NCBI GenBank assembly: GCA_965216635.1
Contig: OZ244188.1
Span: 832,001-896,000 of the forward strand
DNA: 64,000 bases
DNA from: a bacterium
Lineage (GTDB): Bacteria > SAR324 > XYD2-FULL-50-16 > G965216635
Reading direction: 5' to 3'
The position numbers and the translations under genes were made by a program. Below are positions 39,153 to 50,267 of the stretch, one piece after another. Position 1 is the first letter of the stretch. The number at the start of each line of letters is the position of its first letter. The notes under the pieces are model-generated. The model was not told the origin of the DNA and searched no databases. It saw only the letters and a program-made list of their open reading frames with translations.

Positions 39153-39258
39153 TATTTAAAACTTTTGGGTTTGTGAATTAAAAGACCTTTGAAATTTTCA
39201 ATACCATCATATAGAATAGAGAAAATTATAAAAAAATCAATAGATAATAATCTCTCTG

Positions 39259-40140
39259 ATGCTAAAAAATAACAATCTTAAAAATCAAAAATTAGTTATT
39301 TACCAAGCCAAAAATGGAGCAATAGAATTGCAACCAGACAGCAGCAAAGAAACAATTTGGGCAAGTCAAAAGCAAATTGCAGGTGTTTTTGATGTAAATT
39401 CTCAAGCTATCACCAAACATATTAAAAATATTTATCAAGAAAATGAATTATTAGAAAATTCAACTTGTTCCAAATTGGAACAAGTTCATAAAGAAGGGAA
39501 TAGACCTGTAAAAAGAACAATAAAACTCTATAACTTAGATGCAATTATTTCTATAGGTTATAGAGTAAATTCAAAAAAAGCTACCAAATTTAGAATCTGG
39601 GCTACAAAAACTTTGAGAGGGCATCTTCTTCAAGGCTATAGCCTCAATGAAAAAAGGCTTTCTCAAGTAACAAGCACATTTCAGCAGTTACAACAGACTG
39701 TTGGTGTTTTGGCAGAAAAAGAAAAATTAATACCTCAAGATTTAATTCAAGAAGTAATAGGCTTATTTCGTGCTTATAGCAAGTCTTTATTTTTATTAGA
39801 CTCTTTTGATAGCAAGAAACTTCCAGCAGTTAAACCAAAAAAAGTGGGCTATCAACTGACTTATGAAGAAGCAGGGAAAGAGCTTTATGAAGGGGTTGCT
39901 ACGAAAGCTGCTAATTTGTTATACCTCATAATTAAGGATCATCCTTTTTTAGATGGCAATAAACGAAGTGCTATTTTTTTGTTTGTTTATTTTTTACAAA
40001 AAAATAATTTTTTATATCGTAAAAATCAGCAAGTAAAAATAAACGATAATGCTTTGATTGCTTTAGCTTTATTAGTAGCAATTTCTGATGCTAAAGATAA
40101 AGATTTGATGATTAAACTTATAGAAAATCTACTTTCTTAA
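39259..40140 (+). CDS. RhuM-like N-terminal domain fused to Fic/Doc domain
   Basis: ETIWASQKQIA, YNLDAIISIGYRVNS..AT.FRIWA; HPFLDGNKR Doc-type motif. Confidence 0.85.
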   Translation: MLKNNNLKNQKLVIYQAKNGAIELQPDSSKETIWASQKQIAGVFDVNSQAITKHIKNIYQENELLENSTCSKLEQVHKEGNRPVKRTIKLYNLDAIISIGYRVNSKKATKFRIWATKTLRGHLLQGYSLNEKRLSQVTSTFQQLQQTVGVLAEKEKLIPQDLIQEVIGLFRAYSKSLFLLDSFDSKKLPAVKPKKVGYQLTYEEAGKELYEGVATKAANLLYLIIKDHPFLDGNKRSAIFLFVYFLQKNNFLYRKNQQVKINDNALIALALLVAISDAKDKDLMIKLIENLLS

Positions 40141-40144
40141 AAAA

Positions 40145-40948
40145 ATGTCTGTTTTAGAAGCATTATTGTTGGGATTGGTACAGGGTATAACAGAGTTTTT
40201 TCCTATTAGTAGCAGCGGGCATCTTTTGATAATGTCTCGTTGGTTTGAAATACCTGCATCACAAAATTTACTCGTGATTTTGAGTTTGCATTTGGCTACT
40301 TGTATGAGTATTTTTTTGGTTTTTTACAAAGATATTGTTTTTTTAGTAAGGGAAGTTTTTCAATTTCGTTATAACACAGGCACTCGGTTTTTTTTGAAAA
40401 TATTGCTAGCTGCAGTTCCTATAATTTTGGTTGGTTTGTTTTTTGAAGAACATATCTCGCTTCTTTTCGCAGAGAGTAGTGTTATAGTAGCTGCAATGCT
40501 TTTCGTAACTGCTTTGCTGCTTTTGTGGAGTCATCTAAAAACAACCAAAATAGATAAGAATCAAAAAGAGATAGGCTATATAGGAGCTCTTGCAATCGGA
40601 GTAGCACAATGTTTAGCAATTTTACCCGGTCTTTCTCGCTCTGGTGCTACTATTTCTATAGGAATTATTTTAGGTTGTAATAAAAAAGAAGTTACGCGTT
40701 TTTCCTTTCTTATTTTGCTACTTCCAGTATTGGGGGCTTCTTCGCTTAAATTTTTTGAGTATTTTACAGAGACTGATTCTACAGCAATTTTCATTTCTCC
40801 ATTGGTCTTATCTGTTAGTTTTTTTAGCGCTTTTGTTTCTGGTTATTTTTGCTGCAAGTTGATGCGTTATGCTGTACTTCATTCTAAAATTATCTACTTT
40901 GCCATTTACTGTTTTTTAATATCTTTTATTCTTTTTTTATCTATTTGA
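40145..40948 (+). CDS. uppP: Undecaprenyl-diphosphatase
   Basis: QGITEFFPISSSGHL, PGLSRSGATI. Confidence 0.95.
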   Translation: MSVLEALLLGLVQGITEFFPISSSGHLLIMSRWFEIPASQNLLVILSLHLATCMSIFLVFYKDIVFLVREVFQFRYNTGTRFFLKILLAAVPIILVGLFFEEHISLLFAESSVIVAAMLFVTALLLLWSHLKTTKIDKNQKEIGYIGALAIGVAQCLAILPGLSRSGATISIGIILGCNKKEVTRFSFLILLLPVLGASSLKFFEYFTETDSTAIFISPLVLSVSFFSAFVSGYFCCKLMRYAVLHSKIIYFAIYCFLISFILFLSI

Positions 40949-41006
40949 CTTTTATATAATTTTGTTTTATCTTTCTGTATAAAATACACCTTAAATTATA
41001 ATTTCC

Positions 41007-42086
41007 TTGGAAGAAACCTGTTTGATTTTTAAAGACGGTAGTGAATTTTCTGGCAAAGCATTTGGCTATCTAAAATCTGTTTCAGGCGAAATAGTTTTTA
41101 ATACTGGGATGGTAGGTTATCCAGAAACTATGACCGATCCATCTTATGCGGGACAAATCGTAGTTTTAACTTACCCCCTTATTGGTAATTATGGCATCCC
41201 CAATCAGCAAATAGAAAAAAATCTTTTGAAATATTTTGAATCACGCAAAACTTTTTTAAAAGCTATTGTTATTAGTAGTCTTCCAAGACATCACCATTGG
41301 GCTGCAGAAGTTTCTTTACAAGATTGGATGAAATCTAATAAAGTAGTTGGAATTCAAGGAATAGATACCCGGATGCTTACCAAAAAACTAAGACAACAAG
41401 GCAGTCAGCTTGCCCAAATTTGTTTCCAGAAAAAAAAAATTGCTTTTTTTGACCCCAATAAAACCAATCTAGTCTCCGAAGTCAGCATTTCAGAACCTGT
41501 TTTTTTTTCTGGAGGTGATAAAAAAATTCTCTTGCTAGATACGGGCTGCAAACACAACATTATACGCTCTTTATTAAAAAGAAATTTGAGCGTTGATTGG
41601 GTGCCGTGGGATTATGATTTTACCAAAAAAGATTATGACGGTTTAATGCTAGGTAATGGACCGGGAAACCCAGAACATTTAGGATTAATCATTGAAAGAG
41701 TTCGTGAATATTTTAAAAAAAATAAACCTGTTTTTGGTATATGTTTAGGGCATCAAATTATCGCTAAAGCCGCAGGTGCTAAAACCTATAAAATGGCTTT
41801 TGGACATCGTTCTTACAATCAGCCGTGTGTAGAAATCAAAGCAAAAAAAATGACAAAAAAATGTTTGATTACCTCTCAAAACCATGGCTTTGCAGTAGCT
41901 AAAAAAACAATTCCTAAGGACTGGCAAGAATGGTTTGTCAACGTTAATGACGGTAGTAATGAAGGCATAAAACACAACAAACTCCCTTTTCAATCTGTCC
42001 AATTCCACCCCGAAGCTACCCCAGGTCCCACTGATAGTGATTATCTTTTTGATATTTTTAAGAACCAGGTCCATCAAGCCGTATGA
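41007..42086 (+). CDS. carA: Carbamoyl-phosphate synthase small subunit
   Basis: GEIVFNTGMVGY, NGPGNP, GICLGHQ, SQNHGF, QFHPEA. Confidence 0.97.
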   Translation: MEETCLIFKDGSEFSGKAFGYLKSVSGEIVFNTGMVGYPETMTDPSYAGQIVVLTYPLIGNYGIPNQQIEKNLLKYFESRKTFLKAIVISSLPRHHHWAAEVSLQDWMKSNKVVGIQGIDTRMLTKKLRQQGSQLAQICFQKKKIAFFDPNKTNLVSEVSISEPVFFSGGDKKILLLDTGCKHNIIRSLLKRNLSVDWVPWDYDFTKKDYDGLMLGNGPGNPEHLGLIIERVREYFKKNKPVFGICLGHQIIAKAAGAKTYKMAFGHRSYNQPCVEIKAKKMTKKCLITSQNHGFAVAKKTIPKDWQEWFVNVNDGSNEGIKHNKLPFQSVQFHPEATPGPTDSDYLFDIFKNQVHQAV

Positions 42087-45000
42087 ATTTCAAAAAACAA
42101 AGTAGGAAAAATTCAATCACACAACAATTAGTGGAGAAAAAAAATATAGGACAAAAAAAAATCAACAAAGTTTTAATTATAGGTAGTGCTGCTCTTAAAA
42201 TAGGCGAAGCTGGAGAATTTGATTATTCAGGGAGTCAAGCCATTAAAGCCCTCAAAGATGAAAATATAAAAACAGTCCTTATCAATCCCAATATAGCTAC
42301 AATTCAAACTTCTGCAGATTTGGCAGATAAATTATATTTGCTACCTATTCAGCCCAATATTATAGAAGAAATCATTAAAAAAGAAAAAAAACCTATCAAT
42401 GGAAAGAGTTGCCCTATTGATGGCATATTGCTTTCTTTTGGGGGACAAACTGCTCTTAATTGTGGGCTTACTTTGGAAGAACAGGGTATCTTAAAAAAAC
42501 ACAATATAGAAGTATTAGGTACTTCTCCCGATACTATCCGAATTACCGAAGACAGAAAACTTTTTAACCAACAACTAGCAAAAATTCAGGTAAAATTCAC
42601 TCGCAGTCACGCTGTAGGTTCTGTAGATAAGGCTTTAAAAGCAGCAGAAAAAATAGGTTACCCAGTAATGGTTCGTATTGCTTTTGCTTTAGGTGGATTA
42701 GGCTCAGGGGTTTGTAGAAATTCTACAGAGTTAAAAAAACTCACCTCAGATGCTTTTCACTATACCCATCAAGTTTTAATAGAAGAATATTTGCAAGGTT
42801 GGAAAGAAGTAGAATACGAAGTTGTGCGTGATAGCTACGACAACTGTATTACTGTTTGTAATATGGAAAATTTAGACCCACTAGGAATTCATACGGGAGA
42901 ATCTATTGTGATTGCTCCTAGTCAAACTCTTTCCAATCAAGAGTATTTTTATTTGAGAGAAATTGCGATTAAATGTATTCGTCATTTAAAAGTTATCGGT
43001 GAGTGTAATATTCAATACGCTCTACATCCTAAAACAGGTGACTATAGAATAATTGAAGTAAACGCCCGTCTATCGCGTAGCTCGGCTTTAGCGTCTAAAG
43101 CTACTGGTTATCCTTTAGCCTATATCGCTGCAAAACTCTCTTTGGGTTACGCTCTTACTGAAATTGAAAATTCGGTTACAAAAAAAACTCAAGCCTGCTT
43201 TGAACCTTCTTTAGACTATGTAGTTGTCAAGATGCCTCGGTGGGATTTAAAAAAATTCCAAAATGTTACTAAAAAAATCGGTTCTAGTATGAAATCAGTC
43301 GGTGAAGTTATGGCAATTTCTCGCTCATTCAAAGAATCTTTGCAAAAGGCTATTCGTATGTTGGATTTGGGATTTTCTGGTTTTATAGAAGAAAAAACTG
43401 TGTCTCTTTGTGCTAGCAAAGCAAAAATTATAGAAGAATTAAAAAACCCTACCGACGAAAGAATTTATGTATTAGCTCAAGCCTTATTAAAAGGGATGAC
43501 TGTAGAAGAAATTCACCGTTATAGTTTTATTGATAAGTGGTTTTTATATCAATTAGAAGAGCTCGTAGAAACCTATCAAAAAATCAAAAAAATTGTGTTT
43601 TCTAAACTCAAGAAAGAAGAATTACAAGAATTTAAAGATAGTGGGTTTTCTGATTTTCAAATAGCTCAAGCCCTGAAAATAGAAAAAAAAGCAATAACAG
43701 AAAAAAAATTGCGAGATTTTCGCTATAAAAACAAAATTCACCCTTCAGTCAAACAAATAGATACTCTCGCAGGAGAATACCCCGCTCAGACTAATTATCT
43801 TTACTTGACCTATAACGCAAATGAAGACGATATAGAATCTACTTCTAAAAAAGCTATTATTACACTAGGTTCTGGATGTTACCGTATTGGTAGTTCTGTA
43901 GAATTTGATTGGTGCTGTGTCAATGCAGTCAAACAGGTGACAAAATCTGGTTACTGCTCCGTTTTAATTAATTTTAATCCTGAGACTGTTTCTACAGACT
44001 ACGATCTAGCCGATAGACTTTATTTTGACGAAATTAGTTTAGAAACTGTTTTAGAAATTTACCGCAAAGAACAAGCGGATGGCATTATTGTTTCTATGGG
44101 AGGGCAAACTGCTAATAACCTCGTTTTATCGCTAGAAAAGGCAAAGGTTAAAATACTCGGCACTCCAGCTACACAAATTGACCGAGCTGAAGATAGGCAT
44201 AAATTTTCTTCTATGCTAGATAAATTACAAATAAAACAACCTCAATGGACAGAAGTGCAATCAAATAAATCTGCACTTCAATTTGCAAGAAAAGTGGGGT
44301 ATCCAGTATTGGTTAGACCTTCCTATGTACTCAGTGGGGCTGCGATGGGTGTGGCTACTTCTGATAAAGATTTAGGTAAATTTTTAGATAAAACTACTCT
44401 TATTTCTCCTGATTATCCAGTAGTGATTTCTCAATTTTTAGAAGAATCTAAAGAAATAGAATTTGATGCCGTAGCTTGCAAAGGAGAAATCATTGTTTTT
44501 GCTATCTCTGAACATGTAGAAAACGCTGGCGTGCATTCAGGGGATGCTACTTTAGTTTTACCACCGCAGAGGCTTTATATTGAAACTCTCAAACAAGTAG
44601 AAACCGTAGCCAAGCAAATTGCAGCCAATTTACAGGTGAGCGGGCCTTTCAATATCCAGTTTTTAGCTAAGGAAAATAAAATTCTTGTTATAGAGTGCAA
44701 TTTAAGAGCTAGTCGCAGTTTTCCTTTTGTCTCTAAGGTAACCAAAATTAATTTTATTGACCTAGCTACCCGTGTTATTTTAGGGGAAAAATTAAAAAAA
44801 CTTGCAAATCCTTATCTCTCCCTAGATTATGTAGGAATTAAAGCATCACAATTTTCTTTTACACGCCTTTCAGGTGCTGACCCCACTTTAGGCGTGGAAA
44901 TGGCATCTACAGGAGAAGTAGGTTGTCTTGGAGAAAACTTTTATGAGGCTTTACTGAAATCTCTGGCATCCGTTGGTATGAAATTAAATTTAAAAAAAAT

Positions 45001-45391
45001 ACTTCTTTCTAGTGGACCCGAAAAAAAAAAACACAATCTTTTAGCTAGCTGTAAAAAATTGCAATCCATAGGAGTAAAGATTTACGCCACTTGGGGTACA
45101 CAAAAATTTTTACACAAATATGGTGTAAAAGCTACTTCAATCTCTTGGCCCGATAGAAATAAAAACCACAATGTTTTAACACTTATAGAGAAAGAAAAAC
45201 TAGATTTAATCGTGAATATCCCTAAATCTTTTCAAGAAAAAGAAATCACAAACGATTACAAAATTCGTAGAAAAGCCGTAGATTCTGCCGTGCCTTTAAT
45301 CACTAATGGGGAGCTTTTTATTCGCTATGTGGAAACGTTAGAATCTTATCAAAACCAAAAATGGAAATACAAATCTTGGAATGAATACTAG
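42083..45391 (+). CDS. carB: Carbamoyl-phosphate synthase large subunit
   Basis: GEFDYSGSQA, NPNIATIQT, GIHTGES, RLSRSSALASKATGYP, duplicated ATP-grasp, MGS domain. Confidence 0.97.
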   Translation: MNFKKQSRKNSITQQLVEKKNIGQKKINKVLIIGSAALKIGEAGEFDYSGSQAIKALKDENIKTVLINPNIATIQTSADLADKLYLLPIQPNIIEEIIKKEKKPINGKSCPIDGILLSFGGQTALNCGLTLEEQGILKKHNIEVLGTSPDTIRITEDRKLFNQQLAKIQVKFTRSHAVGSVDKALKAAEKIGYPVMVRIAFALGGLGSGVCRNSTELKKLTSDAFHYTHQVLIEEYLQGWKEVEYEVVRDSYDNCITVCNMENLDPLGIHTGESIVIAPSQTLSNQEYFYLREIAIKCIRHLKVIGECNIQYALHPKTGDYRIIEVNARLSRSSALASKATGYPLAYIAAKLSLGYALTEIENSVTKKTQACFEPSLDYVVVKMPRWDLKKFQNVTKKIGSSMKSVGEVMAISRSFKESLQKAIRMLDLGFSGFIEEKTVSLCASKAKIIEELKNPTDERIYVLAQALLKGMTVEEIHRYSFIDKWFLYQLEELVETYQKIKKIVFSKLKKEELQEFKDSGFSDFQIAQALKIEKKAITEKKLRDFRYKNKIHPSVKQIDTLAGEYPAQTNYLYLTYNANEDDIESTSKKAIITLGSGCYRIGSSVEFDWCCVNAVKQVTKSGYCSVLINFNPETVSTDYDLADRLYFDEISLETVLEIYRKEQADGIIVSMGGQTANNLVLSLEKAKVKILGTPATQIDRAEDRHKFSSMLDKLQIKQPQWTEVQSNKSALQFARKVGYPVLVRPSYVLSGAAMGVATSDKDLGKFLDKTTLISPDYPVVISQFLEESKEIEFDAVACKGEIIVFAISEHVENAGVHSGDATLVLPPQRLYIETLKQVETVAKQIAANLQVSGPFNIQFLAKENKILVIECNLRASRSFPFVSKVTKINFIDLATRVILGEKLKKLANPYLSLDYVGIKASQFSFTRLSGADPTLGVEMASTGEVGCLGENFYEALLKSLASVGMKLNLKKILLSSGPEKKKHNLLASCKKLQSIGVKIYATWGTQKFLHKYGVKATSISWPDRNKNHNVLTLIEKEKLDLIVNIPKSFQEKEITNDYKIRRKAVDSAVPLITNGELFIRYVETLESYQNQKWKYKSWNEY

Positions 45392-47162
45392 AGGCATTAG
45401 GAAACTATTAAAAGATATAAAAAGAAAACATTTGCTTAGGAATCTTTCCAGAAAAGTATTCCTAAATCATATCAATTCGTTGCTATTTTTAGCTGTTTTA
45501 GCAGGTATAGCAACGGGTTTTTTATCTGTTCTTTTCCGTAGTATGTTGGAGCATAGTGGAGATTTTGTGAAAATTGTAACTATTTGGTTACAGACAAATA
45601 TCCATAATTATAGCGTTGCTATAATTCCAATAGCGGGAGCTATTATTCTTGTGATTTTAATGAGGATATTTCCTTTTGTTGTTGGTGGTTATAGTATGCC
45701 CAACTTCCTTAAAGCCGTTCATTTACAAGGGGGACTTATTAAAACAAGGGAAATTTTTGCTAAAATGATAACTACTACTATCACGATTACTAGCGGAGGT
45801 TCGGTTGGAGTAGAAGGACCTATAGCTCAGATCGGAGGAGCAGCAGGTTCTAAAATAGGACGGATTTTTTCTATGTCTACCAATCGTTTAAAGGTGTTGA
45901 TTGCTTGTGGTTCGGCGTCTGCAATTGCAGCTCAATTCAATGCACCTTTGGCTGGAGTTTTATTTGCTCAAGAAGTGATTATGTTAGGCAATTTTGGATT
46001 GGAATCTTTTGGCGCTATTGTTATTGCTTGCGGTGTGGCTACTGCTATTTCAAGGTCTTACTATTCCGATGTAGCTCTTTTTGAGGTTTTGAATTACCAA
46101 CTACAATTTTCTGATTTTTTACTCGTCTGTGTGTTGGGAGTATTACTGGGTTTGTTAAGTTGTGTTTTTATTCGTATATTTTATTCTACAGCGAGCGTAT
46201 TTCAAAAGATGACTATTTCTCCATTATCCAAACCTATTGTCGGAGCAGCTATTGTTGGTTGCTTGGGATTACTGTCTGCCGGAATTTTAGGAGAAGGATA
46301 CGATGTTATCCGTTCCACTTTGCATTTTAACAATTTTACCATAGGTGCTTTGATTTTGTTGTTTGTGCTGAAAATTATAGCAACTTCGGTGACTATTGGC
46401 TCTGGTAATGTAGGTGGAATTTTTGGACCTTCTTTATTTATTGGAGCTGTTTTTGGCGCACTTTTTGGATTACTAATCCATACTTTTACTAGTTTACAAA
46501 TACAAACTTGGTTTTTTGCTTTGGTAGGGATGGGAGCCTTTTTAGCAGCTACTACTCACGCTCCGCTTACTTCTATTTTCTTACTTTTTGAATTAACAGG
46601 GGATTTTGAAGTTATCGTGCCCGCAATGTTTGCTTCTATTATAGGAACCTCTCTAACCAAGACGATAATGAAAGAATCCATAGATACTATGCAATTAGCA
46701 CAAGAAGGGATTCATTTAGAAGAAGGCAGAGAGGTAAATATCTTGCAATCTATTGAAACCAACCAAGTGATGCATAAAGATTTCACTTATTTGCACGAAA
46801 GCGATAGTTTTGCTACTCTATTGAAATTGATGCCAAAACATAAAAAACATTACTATCCTATTTTCAATGATAAAAATAAATTTACTGGAATTGTAACTTT
46901 TCAAATTATTCAAGAGATTATTTTAAGAGAAGAATTAAAAGACTTACTCGTTATGAAAGATATTATGTCAACAAGTTTAACTACACTGAACAGTAAAGAT
47001 AATCTTTCTGATGCTTTGCATATTTTTAGCATTAAAGATTTAGAAGTTTTGCCTGTTGTGCATAAAAAAGATAAAAACCAAATTGTAGGAATGCTCTATC
47101 AGAGAGATATTATTGATAAGTATAATAGTGCTTTAGCTACACACAATTTTAAAAAAGAATGA
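45381..47162 (+). CDS. ClC-family chloride channel/transporter with CBS domains
   Basis: GGSVGVEGP, FNAPLAG, GGIFGP, APLTS...FELT; C-terminal CBS pair. Confidence 0.9.
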   Translation: MNTRGIRKLLKDIKRKHLLRNLSRKVFLNHINSLLFLAVLAGIATGFLSVLFRSMLEHSGDFVKIVTIWLQTNIHNYSVAIIPIAGAIILVILMRIFPFVVGGYSMPNFLKAVHLQGGLIKTREIFAKMITTTITITSGGSVGVEGPIAQIGGAAGSKIGRIFSMSTNRLKVLIACGSASAIAAQFNAPLAGVLFAQEVIMLGNFGLESFGAIVIACGVATAISRSYYSDVALFEVLNYQLQFSDFLLVCVLGVLLGLLSCVFIRIFYSTASVFQKMTISPLSKPIVGAAIVGCLGLLSAGILGEGYDVIRSTLHFNNFTIGALILLFVLKIIATSVTIGSGNVGGIFGPSLFIGAVFGALFGLLIHTFTSLQIQTWFFALVGMGAFLAATTHAPLTSIFLLFELTGDFEVIVPAMFASIIGTSLTKTIMKESIDTMQLAQEGIHLEEGREVNILQSIETNQVMHKDFTYLHESDSFATLLKLMPKHKKHYYPIFNDKNKFTGIVTFQIIQEIILREELKDLLVMKDIMSTSLTTLNSKDNLSDALHIFSIKDLEVLPVVHKKDKNQIVGMLYQRDIIDKYNSALATHNFKKE

Positions 47163-50068
47163 AAAAAAAATTAAAACACCTTTTATGGATTAAACTGTTA
47201 TTTGTCTATCTATTATTTTTCTCTGCTTCTCTACTAGCGACAGAAACTACTGAAAGAGTTGAATTAATAAAAGCAAAAAACGACCACCGTGATTATCGCT
47301 ATATTGAATTAAAAAATGGTATCACAGCTGTTCTGATTTCTGATCCTAGTGCACAAAAAGCAGCTGCTGCCATAGATGTAGGTGTAGGAAGTTTTGATAA
47401 CCCTTTGGGAAGAGAAGGAATAGCTCATTTCTTAGAGCATGTTCTTTTTTTAGGAAATAAAAAATATCCTGATACAAAAGGATTTAGTGATTTTTTAAAT
47501 CAACACGGAGGATATAACAATGCTTATACAAGTAGTAAAAATACAAATTATCATTTTACAGTCAATTCTGCTTACCTAGAAGAAGCCTTAGATCGGTTAT
47601 CACAATTTTTTATTAGCCCTCTTTTTAGTGAGAAATATATTCAAAAAGAAACCAACGCTGTCCATTCCGAACATCAGAAAAATCTGCAATCGGAGTTTTT
47701 GCGTAGTTATTCTGTAATTAAATCCCTTGCAAATCCCAGACATCCTTTCGCTAACTTTAGTACGGGTAACAAAAATACTCTTTCTAAAATTCCCAACTTA
47801 AGAAAAGAAGTCATTTCCTTTTACCAGAAAAACTATAGTCCAAACCTCATCAAGATTGCTGTTTTGGGCAAAGAGCCTTTAGATAAATTAGAAAAGATGT
47901 TGCGAGAAAAATTTCAACCTATTAAAAAACGAGTCCATAAAATAAGACGTTCTTCCACAAAAGCATTTCATACAAGCGATGTTCCGTTTTCTATTCAAAT
48001 TCAATCATTAAAAAAAATACGTCAACTTAATCTGCTTTTTGAAATAGATTCTACTCGCCCTTATTTTGCTCAAAAACCAGTTTATTATATTTCCAATTTA
48101 CTAGGACACGAAGGCAAAGGAAGTCTGTTTTCTTATCTTAAAAAAAAACAATGGGTGATTTCTTTAAGTGCAGGGCACTGGTCAGAACTAATAAAAACAG
48201 ATATTTTTTCTGTGCGTATGGAACTAACCCCAGAGGGAGAAAAAAATATTTCTAGCATAGTTAAAACATTTTTTAATTATTTACATTTGATGGAAAAAGA
48301 AGCCATTGCTGATTGGCGCTTTGATGAAATGAAAAAAATCTCAGATTTAAATTTTCATCATCAAGATTTACCTACACCTCTAGCCTTAGTGCAAAAATTA
48401 TCTTCAAACCAACATTACTACAAACCAAAAAATCTCATTAACGCAGCTTGGTATTTTGATGAATTTCAACCTCAAACTATTCAAAAATTTTTAAAGCAAA
48501 TAAACCCCAATCGTTTGATTTTAGTTTATAATTCTCCTCAAAATATTGCTGATGCTAAAACAGAAAAATGGTATAAAACTAAATACCGCACTCGTTCCAT
48601 TTCCACTAAGGAAATAAGTGATTGGAAAAATTATGAAAAAAATCCCTTTATTTTACCTTTAGCCAATGATTTTCTGCCTACAGAAAATCCCACTTTTTAT
48701 AGCTCAGAAAAAAAAAGATACAAGCAACCTATTTCTAAAATTCCTACAAGAAAAGGATACCAAGTCCATTATGTAGAAAATAACCAATTTCAAGTTCCTA
48801 AGGTGAAAGTTTTTTTAGATTTAGACATTCCCAAAGCCTACTCCGATCCTAAAAACGCAATGCTTGCCAAAATTTTTACTTGGTTAATCAAAGATTCTTT
48901 AAACGAATCTTTATACCCTGCAAACCTTGTAGATTATTTTTTTCAAATACGGGCTACAGCAGAAGGTTTTCAACTCATTTTTGAAGGCTACCCCGAAAAA
49001 ATAGAATTGTTTGTTGACACAATCCTACATTCCATAACCAAAACATCTTTTTCTAAAGATCGTTTTGCCATTGCTAAACAAAAGATAACAGAAGAAAGAC
49101 AGAACTTAGAATTTGCACCTTCTTACAGGATTGCTTTATATGAATTTTTTCAATTAACACAAAAACCTTTATGGCACAACCAAGAATACCTAGAAATTTT
49201 AGAACAAATAGACTTTGGCGAAATTAAATCTTTTAGAAAAAAGATTTTCCGTAGTATGCAGATCAATCTTTTTGCTTTTGGAAATCTGAATCAAGAGCTT
49301 GTTTCACAACTTTTCCAAGTAACAAAAAAACAAATTTCTTTTCGCCAAATTGCCGAGGTAGCTCCTAAAAAAATTCTTAATATTGCAGCTGGAGAAAAAT
49401 ATTTTTTACAAAAATCAGTAAAAGATGTCAATTTTTCCATTGTTTTAGCCTACCAACATCCTAATAGAGATTTGGCTACTAATGTTAGAATGAATTTATT
49501 AGAAACTATAATAAAAGATGATTTTTACGATTTTATTCGCACAAATGAACAACTAGGTTACATAGTTTGGTCAAACTATTCTGGAGTATTAGATACCAAT
49601 GCTTTTATGTTCATAGTGCAATCTCCCAATGCCAAACCTGAACTTTTGCGAGAAAAAATAGAAGGCTTTTTAAGTTCTTTTCAAAAGACGATCCAAAAAT
49701 TATCCCACAAAGAATTTCAAAAGCTTATTCAATCTTTAAAAGAAATTTACGATTTAAAACCAGATAATTTTAGGGCAACAGGAAATTTTTATTATTCTGC
49801 AGTTCAAAATAAAGACTACAATTTGCAACTAAAAGCAGAACTGAAAAGTAAATTGGCTGAAGTGAGTTTGGAAGATTTTAAGCAGTTTTATGAAGATTTA
49901 TTTTTAAACGACGAAACAACAAGAAAATTTTTAGTTCAAACTGTAAGAGCAAATAGTCAAACCGATAAACCCGCTCCACACTTTACTCCTATAGAAAATA
50001 GAAAAAAATTCAAAGAAGAAGCTACTTTCTCTCCTATAATAAAAGAAGAAATTTTTTTATTCCCTTAG
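47159..50068 (+). CDS. M16A zinc metallopeptidase (pitrilysin/insulinase family)
   Basis: Signal peptide; GIAHFLEH (HxxEH); NAYT; IRTNEQLGYIV. Confidence 0.92.
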   Translation: MKKKLKHLLWIKLLFVYLLFFSASLLATETTERVELIKAKNDHRDYRYIELKNGITAVLISDPSAQKAAAAIDVGVGSFDNPLGREGIAHFLEHVLFLGNKKYPDTKGFSDFLNQHGGYNNAYTSSKNTNYHFTVNSAYLEEALDRLSQFFISPLFSEKYIQKETNAVHSEHQKNLQSEFLRSYSVIKSLANPRHPFANFSTGNKNTLSKIPNLRKEVISFYQKNYSPNLIKIAVLGKEPLDKLEKMLREKFQPIKKRVHKIRRSSTKAFHTSDVPFSIQIQSLKKIRQLNLLFEIDSTRPYFAQKPVYYISNLLGHEGKGSLFSYLKKKQWVISLSAGHWSELIKTDIFSVRMELTPEGEKNISSIVKTFFNYLHLMEKEAIADWRFDEMKKISDLNFHHQDLPTPLALVQKLSSNQHYYKPKNLINAAWYFDEFQPQTIQKFLKQINPNRLILVYNSPQNIADAKTEKWYKTKYRTRSISTKEISDWKNYEKNPFILPLANDFLPTENPTFYSSEKKRYKQPISKIPTRKGYQVHYVENNQFQVPKVKVFLDLDIPKAYSDPKNAMLAKIFTWLIKDSLNESLYPANLVDYFFQIRATAEGFQLIFEGYPEKIELFVDTILHSITKTSFSKDRFAIAKQKITEERQNLEFAPSYRIALYEFFQLTQKPLWHNQEYLEILEQIDFGEIKSFRKKIFRSMQINLFAFGNLNQELVSQLFQVTKKQISFRQIAEVAPKKILNIAAGEKYFLQKSVKDVNFSIVLAYQHPNRDLATNVRMNLLETIIKDDFYDFIRTNEQLGYIVWSNYSGVLDTNAFMFIVQSPNAKPELLREKIEGFLSSFQKTIQKLSHKEFQKLIQSLKEIYDLKPDNFRATGNFYYSAVQNKDYNLQLKAELKSKLAEVSLEDFKQFYEDLFLNDETTRKFLVQTVRANSQTDKPAPHFTPIENRKKFKEEATFSPIIKEEIFLFP

Positions 50069-50262
50069 GAGACCTTTGCCCGAAAAGTTTGAATTAGCGT
50101 TCTGTTTAGCCTATTCAAAGTTAAAAAAAAATTTTAACTCTTGCCATTTGTGAAGAAACGCTCTCCAGTATTCCTGCAAGCTAATTTTTTTTTGCACCTG
50201 TTATAACCATTTGGCTAGCCGTCACAGCTGGTTTTGTCCTATTCGGCAAATTCAAAGGTCTC
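50069..50262. mobile_element. MITE-like palindromic element between convergent genes
   Basis: GAGACCTTTG...CAAATTCAAAGGTCTC; flanks CTTAG / CCTAG (near-TSD). Confidence 0.8.
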
Positions 50263-50267
50263 CCTAG

